Source: Patescibacteria group bacterium (GTDB lineage Bacteria; Patescibacteriota; Patescibacteriia; UBA9570). From it: a stretch of DNA of 64,000 bases. Made by a program: the position numbers and the translations under genes. The notes beneath the pieces are model-generated. The model was not told the DNA's origin. It ran no database searches and saw only the letters and a program-made list of their open reading frames with translations. Shown in pieces: positions 1-8,024 of the stretch (the first letter of the stretch is position 1; every line of letters starts with the position of its first letter). The stretch spans positions 132,739 to 196,738 of the forward strand of contig JBAZWO010000002.1 in the NCBI GenBank assembly GCA_041660305.1, read 5' to 3'.

Positions 1-435
1 TCTTTAGAAGAGCTGATTTACGAAACATTTGCTCCGGAAATAAGAAACCAATTTTTAGCATGGACTGCAATGAATGAGACGTGGAAACATCAAGGCCTAT
101 CAGAAGAAACAATAAAAAAATTTAGAGATGCAAGGGATGATGATGAAGACGTGGACGAACCACCTTTACTTGATAGATTATATCAAGGCATTAATGAAGC
201 ATTAAATCTTTGGGGTGGTTTGCTGAATAAATCAGAATTGATTGAATTGATGCAGAAAATGTTTAACGAGGCTGAACCAAAAACAGGTGAACATGTTGAT
301 ATTACAACCGGATTTTCAGAATACCAAGCCGAAATACAGAAAAAAGAACAATCAGAAACTGTACAAGAACCTGATGAGCAAGCAGAGCCTGCTGTTCCCT
401 CAATGGTGTCAGAAATAAACAGCAAACGAAGATAA
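1..435 (+). CDS. hypothetical acidic protein, 5'-truncated at window edge
   Basis: Frame 1 is open from nt 1 (SLEELIYETFAPEIRNQFLAWTA precedes the Met at 70). Stop is TAA 433-435. D/E-rich, no recognisable domain. Confidence 0.5.
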   Translation, partial: SLEELIYETFAPEIRNQFLAWTAMNETWKHQGLSEETIKKFRDARDDDEDVDEPPLLDRLYQGINEALNLWGGLLNKSELIELMQKMFNEAEPKTGEHVDITTGFSEYQAEIQKKEQSETVQEPDEQAEPAVPSMVSEINSKRR

Positions 436-460
436 TTTGTTTAAGATAAGTATAGAGTAT

Positions 461-2164
461 ATGTTGCAAACCCAATGTAAAAACTGCACCAACACTTTTG
501 TTATCGAGCCGGCCGATGTGGTTTTTTATGAAAAAATGGCCGTGTCAGCGCCAACGCTTTGCCCGGACTGTCGGCAACAGCGGCGATTGGCGCACAGTAA
601 CCAGTTAATGCTTTATCAGCGCAAATGTGATATTACCGGTCAAAACATTATTACCAATTATCATGCGGACAGTCCATATAAGGTATATGCTAATGAATAT
701 TGGTATAGCGATAAATGGAACGCATTAACTTATGGCCGGCCATTTGATTTTAACCGGTCGTTTTTTGAGCAATTCGGAGAGCTGTCATTAGCAGTGCCGC
801 GGCCGGCATTGCACCGCGGTTTTTTCTACGATGATAATTCGCCGTACACTAATTATGCCGGCAAAAATAGAAATTGCCACATGATTTTCGATTCCGATCA
901 AAACGAACAGTGCCTGTATAGTTTTAGCATTAATTCATCGCAAAATTGTTTGGATTGTTTTCGAGTGCGGAAATCGGAATTATGTTATGAGTGTATTGAT
1001 TGTGTTAATTGTTATCATAGTGTGTTTTTGCAGGATTGCGAGCAATGTTTAGACAGCGCATTCTTAAAAGATTGCGTGGACGTGCGCAATTCGTTGTTGT
1101 GCGTTGGTTTGCGCCATAAAGAATATCATGTGTTGAATAAACCGGTCACGGCGGCTGAATTCAAATTAGCTCAACAACAGTTGTTTAGCCGCGTTGGTCA
1201 GCAACAATTATTGCGACAGTTCAGCGATTTAGCGTTACAATTTCCCAATAAATACATGCATGGCGCGCATAATGAAAACGTGCGGGGCGATTATCTGCGC
1301 AATTGCAAAGACGCTATAAATTGCTATGATTCTAACGATTTGGAAAAATGCAAAAATTATTATCAAGCCTTTGATAACGCGAAAGATTGTATGGATGTAC
1401 TGCAGTGCGGCGATCAAGCAGAGTTACTTTATGAATGCTGCTATTTAGGATATACAGCTTACAATATTAGATTTTCCATGCATGGTTTGGGCACTTCAAA
1501 CAATTTTACCTATTGCAACCATTGTTTTCACGCCAGTAATTTATTTGGCTGCATTGGTGTGCATAATCGCGAGCAATATTGTATTTTAAATAAACAATAC
1601 TCTGAAGCGGAGTATAACAAGTTAATACCAAGAATCATTGCGCATATGAAACAAACCGGGGAATGGGGCGAATTGTTTCCAATTGCATTATCATCTTTTG
1701 CTTACAACGAATCACTGGCGCAAGATTATTTTCCACTTACTAAAACCGCGGCTCAAGCCAAGGGATACCGCTGGAGAGAAAATACTATACAAAGTAACCC
1801 GGCTACTTATCAGGTGCCGGATACATTTAGTGCGGTAAAATCTGATATTACTAAAGAACTGTTGGCTTGTAGCCAGTGCCAGCGTAATTATAAGATTATT
1901 GCCGCTGAACTAGCTTTTTTTCAACAAGCTAATTTACCCTTACCAACCCAATGTTTTTATTGTCGTCATCAGCGCCGCCTCATGTTACGCAATCCAAAAC
2001 AGCTGTGGCACCGCCAGTGCATGTGCCTGCCTGACCGGCAGGCAGGCACACAACCAGATCATAATCATCAAGGCAGATGTGCTACAGAATTCGCTACTAC
2101 GTATGCGCCTAATCGCAAAGAACTAGTTTATTGTGAACAATGCTATAATAAAGAAATATATTAA
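461..2164 (+). CDS. Cys-rich multi-zinc-ribbon protein, paralogue A (function unknown)
   Basis: ORF 437-2164 starts at TTG. I prefer ATG 461 (MLQTQCKNC) because paralogues B and C also start 4-5 residues before the first CxxC. Has N-terminal CxxC..CPDCRQQRRLA and C-terminal CxxC..CxxCR..RQCMC..H.H.GRC..LVYCEQCY modules. Collinear with the next two ORFs. Confidence 0.8.
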   Translation: MLQTQCKNCTNTFVIEPADVVFYEKMAVSAPTLCPDCRQQRRLAHSNQLMLYQRKCDITGQNIITNYHADSPYKVYANEYWYSDKWNALTYGRPFDFNRSFFEQFGELSLAVPRPALHRGFFYDDNSPYTNYAGKNRNCHMIFDSDQNEQCLYSFSINSSQNCLDCFRVRKSELCYECIDCVNCYHSVFLQDCEQCLDSAFLKDCVDVRNSLLCVGLRHKEYHVLNKPVTAAEFKLAQQQLFSRVGQQQLLRQFSDLALQFPNKYMHGAHNENVRGDYLRNCKDAINCYDSNDLEKCKNYYQAFDNAKDCMDVLQCGDQAELLYECCYLGYTAYNIRFSMHGLGTSNNFTYCNHCFHASNLFGCIGVHNREQYCILNKQYSEAEYNKLIPRIIAHMKQTGEWGELFPIALSSFAYNESLAQDYFPLTKTAAQAKGYRWRENTIQSNPATYQVPDTFSAVKSDITKELLACSQCQRNYKIIAAELAFFQQANLPLPTQCFYCRHQRRLMLRNPKQLWHRQCMCLPDRQAGTQPDHNHQGRCATEFATTYAPNRKELVYCEQCYNKEIY

Positions 2165-2250
2165 TCCAACCATTTTTTACATGTTTGCTAATAATATTAT
2201 CTTAATTTAGCTAAAAAGTTAGTGTAATTTTAAGTCATGTCAAAAAGTAT

Positions 2251-2279
2251 TTGACCACGTTTTGTCGTGGTATTAAAGT
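2251..2279 (+). promoter_or_regulatory. sigma70-like promoter for paralogue B (TTGACC-17-TAAAGT), -10 ends 7 nt before the ATG
   Basis: TTGACC 2251-2256, 17-nt spacer, TAAAGT 2274-2279, ATG at 2287. No SD in between. Confidence 0.45.
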
Positions 2280-2286
2280 AATATAT

Positions 2287-3966
2287 ATGTTCAAACAACA
2301 ATGTGCTCGGTGCAGTAAAACATTTATCGTTACGGATAACGATCAAGCTTTTTATGAAAAAATAAATGTAGATGAGCCAACGCACTGTCCAACTTGTAGA
2401 TTGTTACGCCGGTTAGCTTGGCGTAATGAGAGATTTTTATATCAACGGCAGTGTGATTTGTGTAAGAAAACTATTATTTCAAATTATTCTTTAGACAAGC
2501 CATATATTGTTTATTGCCATGATTGCTGGTGGAGTGATAAATGGAATGCTTTAGATTATGGACAAGACATTAATTGGTTCGAACCGTTTTTTTTACAAGT
2601 GCAAAAATTATTACAACAGGTGCCGTTGTTGGCTACTATGGTTAGTAAATGCGAAAACTGTGATTATACCAATTATTCATTCGAAAATAAAAATTGTTAC
2701 TTATCGTTCGATATCGGCGGCAATGAAAATGTGTATTATAGCCGAACAATGTACAATAACAAAGATTGTTTTGATTGCTTATTTTGCAAAGAACATTGCG
2801 AATTGTGTTATGAATGTGTTTACTGCACAGCTTGTTATGGTTGTAATTTTTGTTTAGATTGTGAACACTTAACTAACTGTTCATTTTGTTTTGATTGCAG
2901 TGGTTGTAATGATTGTTTTTTATGTTTCAATTTGCGTAATGCGCAATACTGTATAGAAAATAAGCAGTACACTAAAGAACAATATCAAAAAAAAATTAAA
3001 CAATATTATAATTTAGCCAGCTATCCTCGTTTGCAACAACTAAAACAGCATTTCCAAGATTTAAAATTAAAACAACCGCATAGATTTAGTAAAAACATAG
3101 CTACTGAAAATAGTGTAGGCGATCATTTACAACACTGTACTAATTGTACTTTTGTGTTTAGCTCTAATAATTGTGAAAATGCGCATTATGTATTTGAGTC
3201 CATGATTGGCCAGGATTTTTACGATGACAATTTCAGCGGCTGGGGAGCCGAGTTATCTTATGAAACTATAGGTATACCAAAACCATATCATTGCATGGGA
3301 ATAGTTTCTTGCGGTTATCCAATAGAGTTATATTACAGTTTGTTTGCGCAACAGGCTAAACAGTGTTTTGGAGTGGTGGCTACTAAAAACACGCAATATT
3401 GCATTCTGAATAAACAATACACTAAAGAGCAATATGAACATCTTTTACCAAAACTGATTGCACATATGCGCCAAACTAGTGAGTGGGGCGAATTCTTTCC
3501 AAAAGCCATGAGTCCATTTTGTTATAACGAAACATTAGCTAACGAAGTACAACCGCTCACAAAAACCGAAATACTAGCGCAAGGATTGTGCTGGAAAGAT
3601 TTAGATTTTAAAACAACACAGTATTCAGCTGTAAATATACCAAATACAATCAGTGATGTAACAGACAAAATAATACAGCAGATGTTAATCTGCCAACATT
3701 GTCATAAAAGTTATAAAATTATTCCACAGGAATTAGTTTTTTATCATCAACAACAATTAACCTTGCCCAGACTTTGTCCAAATTGCCGACACTTACAACG
3801 CAAAAAATTTATCAATGCTTATAATTTTTGGCACCGTCAATGTATGTGCACACAGCCAGATCATAATCATTCTGGGCGTTGCAGTGTAGAATTCGAAACC
3901 ACTTATTCTCCAGAACAAAAAGAATTAGTGTATTGTGAAGAGTGTTACAAAAAAGAAATTTATTAG
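2287..3966 (+). CDS. Cys-rich multi-zinc-ribbon protein, paralogue B (function unknown)
   Basis: ORF 2251-3966 starts at TTG. ATG 2287 (MFKQQCARC) preferred. Same module order as A and C. Contains an almost uninterrupted C-x2-C ladder (DCFDCLFCKEHCELCYECVYCTACYGCNFCLDCEH..CSFCFDCSGCNDCFLC). Confidence 0.8.
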   Translation: MFKQQCARCSKTFIVTDNDQAFYEKINVDEPTHCPTCRLLRRLAWRNERFLYQRQCDLCKKTIISNYSLDKPYIVYCHDCWWSDKWNALDYGQDINWFEPFFLQVQKLLQQVPLLATMVSKCENCDYTNYSFENKNCYLSFDIGGNENVYYSRTMYNNKDCFDCLFCKEHCELCYECVYCTACYGCNFCLDCEHLTNCSFCFDCSGCNDCFLCFNLRNAQYCIENKQYTKEQYQKKIKQYYNLASYPRLQQLKQHFQDLKLKQPHRFSKNIATENSVGDHLQHCTNCTFVFSSNNCENAHYVFESMIGQDFYDDNFSGWGAELSYETIGIPKPYHCMGIVSCGYPIELYYSLFAQQAKQCFGVVATKNTQYCILNKQYTKEQYEHLLPKLIAHMRQTSEWGEFFPKAMSPFCYNETLANEVQPLTKTEILAQGLCWKDLDFKTTQYSAVNIPNTISDVTDKIIQQMLICQHCHKSYKIIPQELVFYHQQQLTLPRLCPNCRHLQRKKFINAYNFWHRQCMCTQPDHNHSGRCSVEFETTYSPEQKELVYCEECYKKEIY

Positions 3967-4097
3967 GCTATTTTTTTGTTTTATCAGTGGAGCATTGTAA
4001 AAATAAATAGTATAAATTAACTATACATGTTTAGTTTGTATATTATTCTATCATTAGCAAAAAAAGATACTTTTTTATAACCTGTGTAAAACAGTGT

Positions 4098-4126
4098 TTG
4101 ATTGCGTTTACACAGCATGTTAATCT
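4098..4126 (+). promoter_or_regulatory. sigma70-like promoter for paralogue C (TTGATT-17-TAATCT), -10 ends 6 nt before the ATG
   Basis: TTGATT 4098-4103, TAATCT 4121-4126, ATG 4133. The -35 lies in the loop of a 9-bp inverted repeat (CTGTGTAAA 4082-4090 / TTTACACAG 4107-4115). Confidence 0.45.
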
Positions 4127-4132
4127 GCAGGC

Positions 4133-5809
4133 ATGACCAAACAGTGTATTCATTGCAGTAAAACATTTAAAGTGCTGGAAGCGGACATGGTTTTTTTACA
4201 ACGGTTAGCTTTACCAGAACCAACACATTGTCCGGATTGCCGGCAACAACGCAGATTAGCGTGGCGCAATGAAGATAGTTTGTATCAGCGCAAATGTGAT
4301 AAATGTAAAAAAACTATTATTTCTATTTATTCTGATGTAGTATCTTTTCCGGTGTATTGCCATGATTGCTGGTGGCAGGATGATTGGAGCGCTGTGCAAT
4401 TTGGTCGAGATATCAATTGGCAGAAACCATTTTTTGAGCAGTGGTATGCCTTGATGAAACAAGTGCCACACATCGCTTTACATGTGGTAGCCAATGAAGA
4501 CGCTGATTATGTAAATATGTCTGGTTACAATAAACATTGCTATTTATTGTTTGCGGCTGAATATAACGAAGATTGTCTGTATGGCACACAGGTAATTAAA
4601 TCGCGTTCTTGCGTAGATGTGCTTAATTGCACTAATTCAGAACGGTGTTATGAGGCGGTAGATGTAGAAGGCTGTTATAACGTGTTATTTTCGCGTAATT
4701 GCCAGCACTGTACTGATTGTTATTTTTGCTATGACTGCAAAGGTTGCACAGACTGTTTGTTCTCAAATAATTTGCGTAATCAGCGTTATGTAATATTTAA
4801 TCAAGTTTATTCGCCTAATGAATTTGCTCGAAAAAAAGAGCGTTTATTAGCTAAATTATATAATGGTAACAGTGCAGAATTAATCACTTTATTCAAACAG
4901 CACTATCAAAAAGCCATTCACAGGCCTTTAGAAACAACTCGCTCCGAGCAAGCAGTGGGAGATTATTTAACTGGCTGTAATAATATATATTACGGTTTTG
5001 ATTTAACCAAGGCGGAAAACTGCCGTTATGTTTATACCGGTTATCAAATTAAAGATTTAATGGATGTGTGCCATACTATCGAAGCAGAATTGTCTTACGA
5101 AGCTACGGCTACTGGTTATAAATCTCAACGCATTTTTTATTCTATTTCCGCACTTACGAGTAACGATTGTTATTATTCTGATTTTATTTTCTCATCAAAA
5201 AATATTTTTGGCGGTATTGGTTTACGCAATGCGCAATATTGTATTTTAAACAAGCAATATTCGAAAGAAGATTATTTTAAACTTAAAGAAAAACTTATTG
5301 AGCATATGAAAAAAAATAAAGAATGGGGGGAGTTTTTTCCGATGCAATATTCGCCTTACGCCTATAATGAAACCGTCGCCCAGCGTTATTATCCGTTAAC
5401 CAAAGAAGCTGTTTTAGCCAAAGGTTTGCGCTGGAAAGAAGAATTAACTAAATCGGCTAAAGATCATACTAGATATAATGTCGCAACCAGTATTGATAAA
5501 ATAAATAATGACATTACTAAACAAATATTAACTTGTACAGTTACTGAAAAACAATATCGTATCACCAATACGGAATTAGATTTTTATCGTACTTTAAAAT
5601 TACCCATACCATTATTGTGTCCGGAAGAGCGGGCGCGCTTACGCTTTGCCCAGCGCAACAAACGGCAACTCTGGCAGCGTCAGTGCATGTGTACGCAAAT
5701 TAACCACGGCCATCATGGCCGCTGTGGTAACGAATTTACCACCACTTATGCGCCTGAACAAAAAGAATTAGTGTATTGCGAGCCGTGCTATCAAGCCATT
5801 ATTTATTAA
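4133..5809 (+). CDS. Cys-rich multi-zinc-ribbon protein, paralogue C (function unknown)
   Basis: 558-aa ORF starting MTKQCIHCSKTF. Collinear with A and B, including the conserved block QYCILNKQYSKEDY..HMKKNKEWGEFFP..SPYAYNETVAQ. Confidence 0.8.
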   Translation: MTKQCIHCSKTFKVLEADMVFLQRLALPEPTHCPDCRQQRRLAWRNEDSLYQRKCDKCKKTIISIYSDVVSFPVYCHDCWWQDDWSAVQFGRDINWQKPFFEQWYALMKQVPHIALHVVANEDADYVNMSGYNKHCYLLFAAEYNEDCLYGTQVIKSRSCVDVLNCTNSERCYEAVDVEGCYNVLFSRNCQHCTDCYFCYDCKGCTDCLFSNNLRNQRYVIFNQVYSPNEFARKKERLLAKLYNGNSAELITLFKQHYQKAIHRPLETTRSEQAVGDYLTGCNNIYYGFDLTKAENCRYVYTGYQIKDLMDVCHTIEAELSYEATATGYKSQRIFYSISALTSNDCYYSDFIFSSKNIFGGIGLRNAQYCILNKQYSKEDYFKLKEKLIEHMKKNKEWGEFFPMQYSPYAYNETVAQRYYPLTKEAVLAKGLRWKEELTKSAKDHTRYNVATSIDKINNDITKQILTCTVTEKQYRITNTELDFYRTLKLPIPLLCPEERARLRFAQRNKRQLWQRQCMCTQINHGHHGRCGNEFTTTYAPEQKELVYCEPCYQAIIY

Positions 5810-6164
5810 AATAATTACAGATTAATAAGCTAATTCCTAAGCTGGTAATAATTGTGTAACTTGGAATTACATAACGTACTATTTTTTCTGGTAAAAATAA
5901 ACCGAAAAAACCAGTGCTGTCGCCATATTTATGATGTAATAAAGTAAGAGGGCAATCCTTATATATTAATAATAAAACTAACTCAATCATTAGTGGCGGA
6001 ATAGCCAGAATTAACCACAAGCCGGTTTGTTTAGTATATACAGAATAATATAATAATACTAAGCATATAGTTAAAACAACTACGGCTAAACCGTGTAGAA
6101 AGCGTATTAATGAAACAGTAAGTTGATTTTTGGCGGTGAGGGTAGCTTCTGACATATCTGACAT
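5799..6164 (-). CDS. small multi-pass membrane protein (DUF2784-like, 'CPLT' motif)
   Basis: 121 aa with 3-4 hydrophobic helices and 'YKDCPLTLLHHKYG'. Family name is from memory. Convergent 11-nt overlap with paralogue C. Confidence 0.45.
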   Translation of the reverse strand: MSDMSEATLTAKNQLTVSLIRFLHGLAVVVLTICLVLLYYSVYTKQTGLWLILAIPPLMIELVLLLIYKDCPLTLLHHKYGDSTGFFGLFLPEKIVRYVIPSYTIITSLGISLLICNYFNK

Positions 6165-6230
6165 AATTTAATAGTTATTTTTATTAAAACAAATCAGACA
6201 GAATCGTCAAGTTAAATAGACCTGGTTACA

Positions 6231-6258
6231 TTGACAGGGTTACTAATAACGTTAAAAT
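6231..6258 (+). promoter_or_regulatory. sigma70-like promoter for the sortase gene (TTGACA-16-TAAAAT), -10 ends 6 nt before the ATG
   Basis: TTGACA 6231-6236, TAAAAT 6253-6258, ATG 6265. No SD. Confidence 0.5.
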
Positions 6259-6264
6259 ACAAGC

Positions 6265-6825
6265 ATGTTTAGTAAACGTAAATGGTTATTTTGGTGGAAA
6301 ACTTGTGGGTTGATAATTTTTGGAATTATTATAATCAGCTTATGGCCGAATAATGGACGATTTATTCAAGATAGTAATAATATTGTGGCGCAGTTTAAGC
6401 AGTCTAACGAACTTATTCCACAAGACAACCATTTATATATTCCAGTTATTAATGTTAATACCAAAATCGTAGAAGGGACATCGTTAAAAGCGATTGATAA
6501 AGTAGAGGGTGTTTGGCACGAGCCCAACACAGCCAATCCAATATTACCTGGTAATATGGTAATTGCTGGACATCGTTTTAAATGGTTACCGCCAAATCGC
6601 ACTACATTTTACAATTTAGATAAGGTTAAAGTAGGAGATGAAATTATTATAGTATGGCAGCAACACGTGTATCGTTATCAAGTATACGAAACAACAGTAG
6701 TACAGCCTACCGCTGTGGAGATACGCGATAATCATGGTTTTAATGAGCTTACCATCTATACCTGTACACCTTTATGGACTACAAAACAGCGTTTGGTGGT
6801 AAAAGCCAAACCTGTGGATAAATAA
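6265..6825 (+). CDS. sortase (membrane-anchored cysteine transpeptidase)
   Basis: N-terminal TM helix. Catalytic His in MVIAGHRF, catalytic Cys in LTIYTCTP (TLxTC-type), downstream Arg in QRLVVKA. Confidence 0.85.
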   Translation: MFSKRKWLFWWKTCGLIIFGIIIISLWPNNGRFIQDSNNIVAQFKQSNELIPQDNHLYIPVINVNTKIVEGTSLKAIDKVEGVWHEPNTANPILPGNMVIAGHRFKWLPPNRTTFYNLDKVKVGDEIIIVWQQHVYRYQVYETTVVQPTAVEIRDNHGFNELTIYTCTPLWTTKQRLVVKAKPVDK

Positions 6826-6910
6826 TTTATCAGCATAGCCAAAATTGTACATAAAATGCTAATATTAACAAGTAATTAATTAAAAAAAGAAAATATTTAT
6901 TAATTTATTT

Positions 6911-8023
6911 ATGATTATTTATAAAAAAGCTTGGCTGATAGGCGCTGTTATAACAGCAAGTATCGGTATTTTTAGTGCGTCTACTGTGTTAGCGGCGGCT
7001 GATTTAATTGTTACGGAAGAAGCGGCGGATACTAATAATACCATTGGTTTTAGCCAAACGGTTAATTTAGTAGATGAAACCAGTTTGTTATTTAGAGCTA
7101 CCATAGAAAACAGCGGCGATAGCAGAGCGTACAAAGTAACGTTTAGCAATGATTATGACGAACAAAAATTAACTAATCCGGTTTTAATTAGTGTTAAGTT
7201 AGATACCGATGGTGATGGAACATATGATCGTGAATTAACCAGCGCTGAATTAGTAGCGGTTAGCGATACGGTTAGTGGCGTGTTTAACATTGATTTTGAT
7301 GTTATCAGCGGGTTAACTATGCGTAAAGATGTAAAAGTGCAACTAAAATATTCTATGGAAATTGTTCCTACTGTTATTAGCACGTTATTACAAAACGTTG
7401 GCACAGTTGGTTGGAGTAATACAGCCACTGGTACAGCCGATCAATCAACATCTTCTACAGCCAGTGTATTTCTTATTGTGTCCGCGTCTGACACAGATAG
7501 CGACACTATACCTGATGGTACGGAAGCGGGCAGTACTAGTACTGGAACAGCTCCGGTTGATACAGATGTTGACGGTACTCCTAATTATCAAGATACCGAC
7601 AGTGATAATGATGGCACTGCCGATGCAGTAGAAGGGACAGGCGATACCGATGGTGATGGTGTACCGAATTATGTTGATGATAATTCAACTAGTACTGATA
7701 CAAATACTAATACCAATACTAATACCAATACAAACGATAATGCTAATGCGAATACAAACACTACGAATAGCAATACAAATGATAATACAAATAGTAATAC
7801 AAACAGCAACGCTAACACTAACTCCGTTAATAGTGCTGATTCTAACGAAAATACTAATACAAATTCAGCCGCGGCAACTAGCAACACCAATGCTTCAAGC
7901 GCAGGTACAACGGATACATTAGCCGAGACCGGCAGTAATGCTATATTGCCTATGGTTGTAGGTTTATTACTAGCTAGTCTTGGTTTAGCCTCGTTATTAG
8001 TTGTACGGCAACGAATGAATTAA
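6911..8023 (+). CDS. sortase-anchored surface protein (LAETG sorting signal) with Asp-rich Ca-binding-type repeats
   Basis: Signal peptide. Thrombospondin-type-3-like DxDxDG repeats (DTDVDGTPNYQDTDSDNDGTADAVEGTGDTDGDGVPNYVDD). T/N low-complexity stalk. LAETG at 7919-7933, followed by a hydrophobic span and RQRMN. Confidence 0.85.
   Translation: MIIYKKAWLIGAVITASIGIFSASTVLAAADLIVTEEAADTNNTIGFSQTVNLVDETSLLFRATIENSGDSRAYKVTFSNDYDEQKLTNPVLISVKLDTDGDGTYDRELTSAELVAVSDTVSGVFNIDFDVISGLTMRKDVKVQLKYSMEIVPTVISTLLQNVGTVGWSNTATGTADQSTSSTASVFLIVSASDTDSDTIPDGTEAGSTSTGTAPVDTDVDGTPNYQDTDSDNDGTADAVEGTGDTDGDGVPNYVDDNSTSTDTNTNTNTNTNTNDNANANTNTTNSNTNDNTNSNTNSNANTNSVNSADSNENTNTNSAAATSNTNASSAGTTDTLAETGSNAILPMVVGLLLASLGLASLLVVRQRMN
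7690..7870 (+). repeat. imperfect AAT-ACN hexanucleotide tract encoding a (T/N/S/D) low-complexity stalk
   Basis: Runs such as aatactaataccaatactaataccaatacaaac, translated TNTNTNTNTNTNDNANANTNTTNSNTNDNTNSNTNSNANTN. Confidence 0.8.
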
Positions 8024-8024
8024 A

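Noticed and set aside
183-425. 80-aa minus-strand ORF inside the first CDS. Similar antisense or alternative-frame ORFs in the track include 1235-1417, 2558-2857, 4256-4471, 5064-5249, 6366-6602, 9199-9393, 11332-11577, 13970-14227, 15242-15433, 16083-16271, 16585-16839, 17848-18407, 18497-18682, 20934-21140, 21488-22036, 22596-22838, 28727-28990, 30313-30772, 34871-35053, 36767-37078, 37612-37866, 39217-39591, 39880-40269, 40442-40648, 42951-43133, 43757-43942, 45412-45648, 48061-48309, 50166-50447, 51008-51328, 54400-54582, 56581-56811 and 63491-63772.
   Set aside because: All lie fully within, or largely overlap, longer ORFs that have clear family motifs. Their translations are low-complexity or hydrophobic shadow sequences with no motifs.
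7690-7870. Repetitive tract considered as a possible CRISPR-like or other spaced-repeat array.
   Set aside because: The units are 6 nt, imperfect and contiguous with no spacers, and they lie in frame within a CDS. This is a coding microsatellite-like tract, not a CRISPR array.
6919-7922. Several 70-90-aa ORFs in other frames or strands across the LAETG surface-protein gene (6919-7149, 7153-7428, 7362-7631, 7650-7922, 7669-7890).
   Set aside because: They are by-products of the repetitive, stop-poor T/N-tract and Asp-repeat DNA. The annotated frame alone has a signal peptide, Ca-binding repeats and a complete sorting signal.
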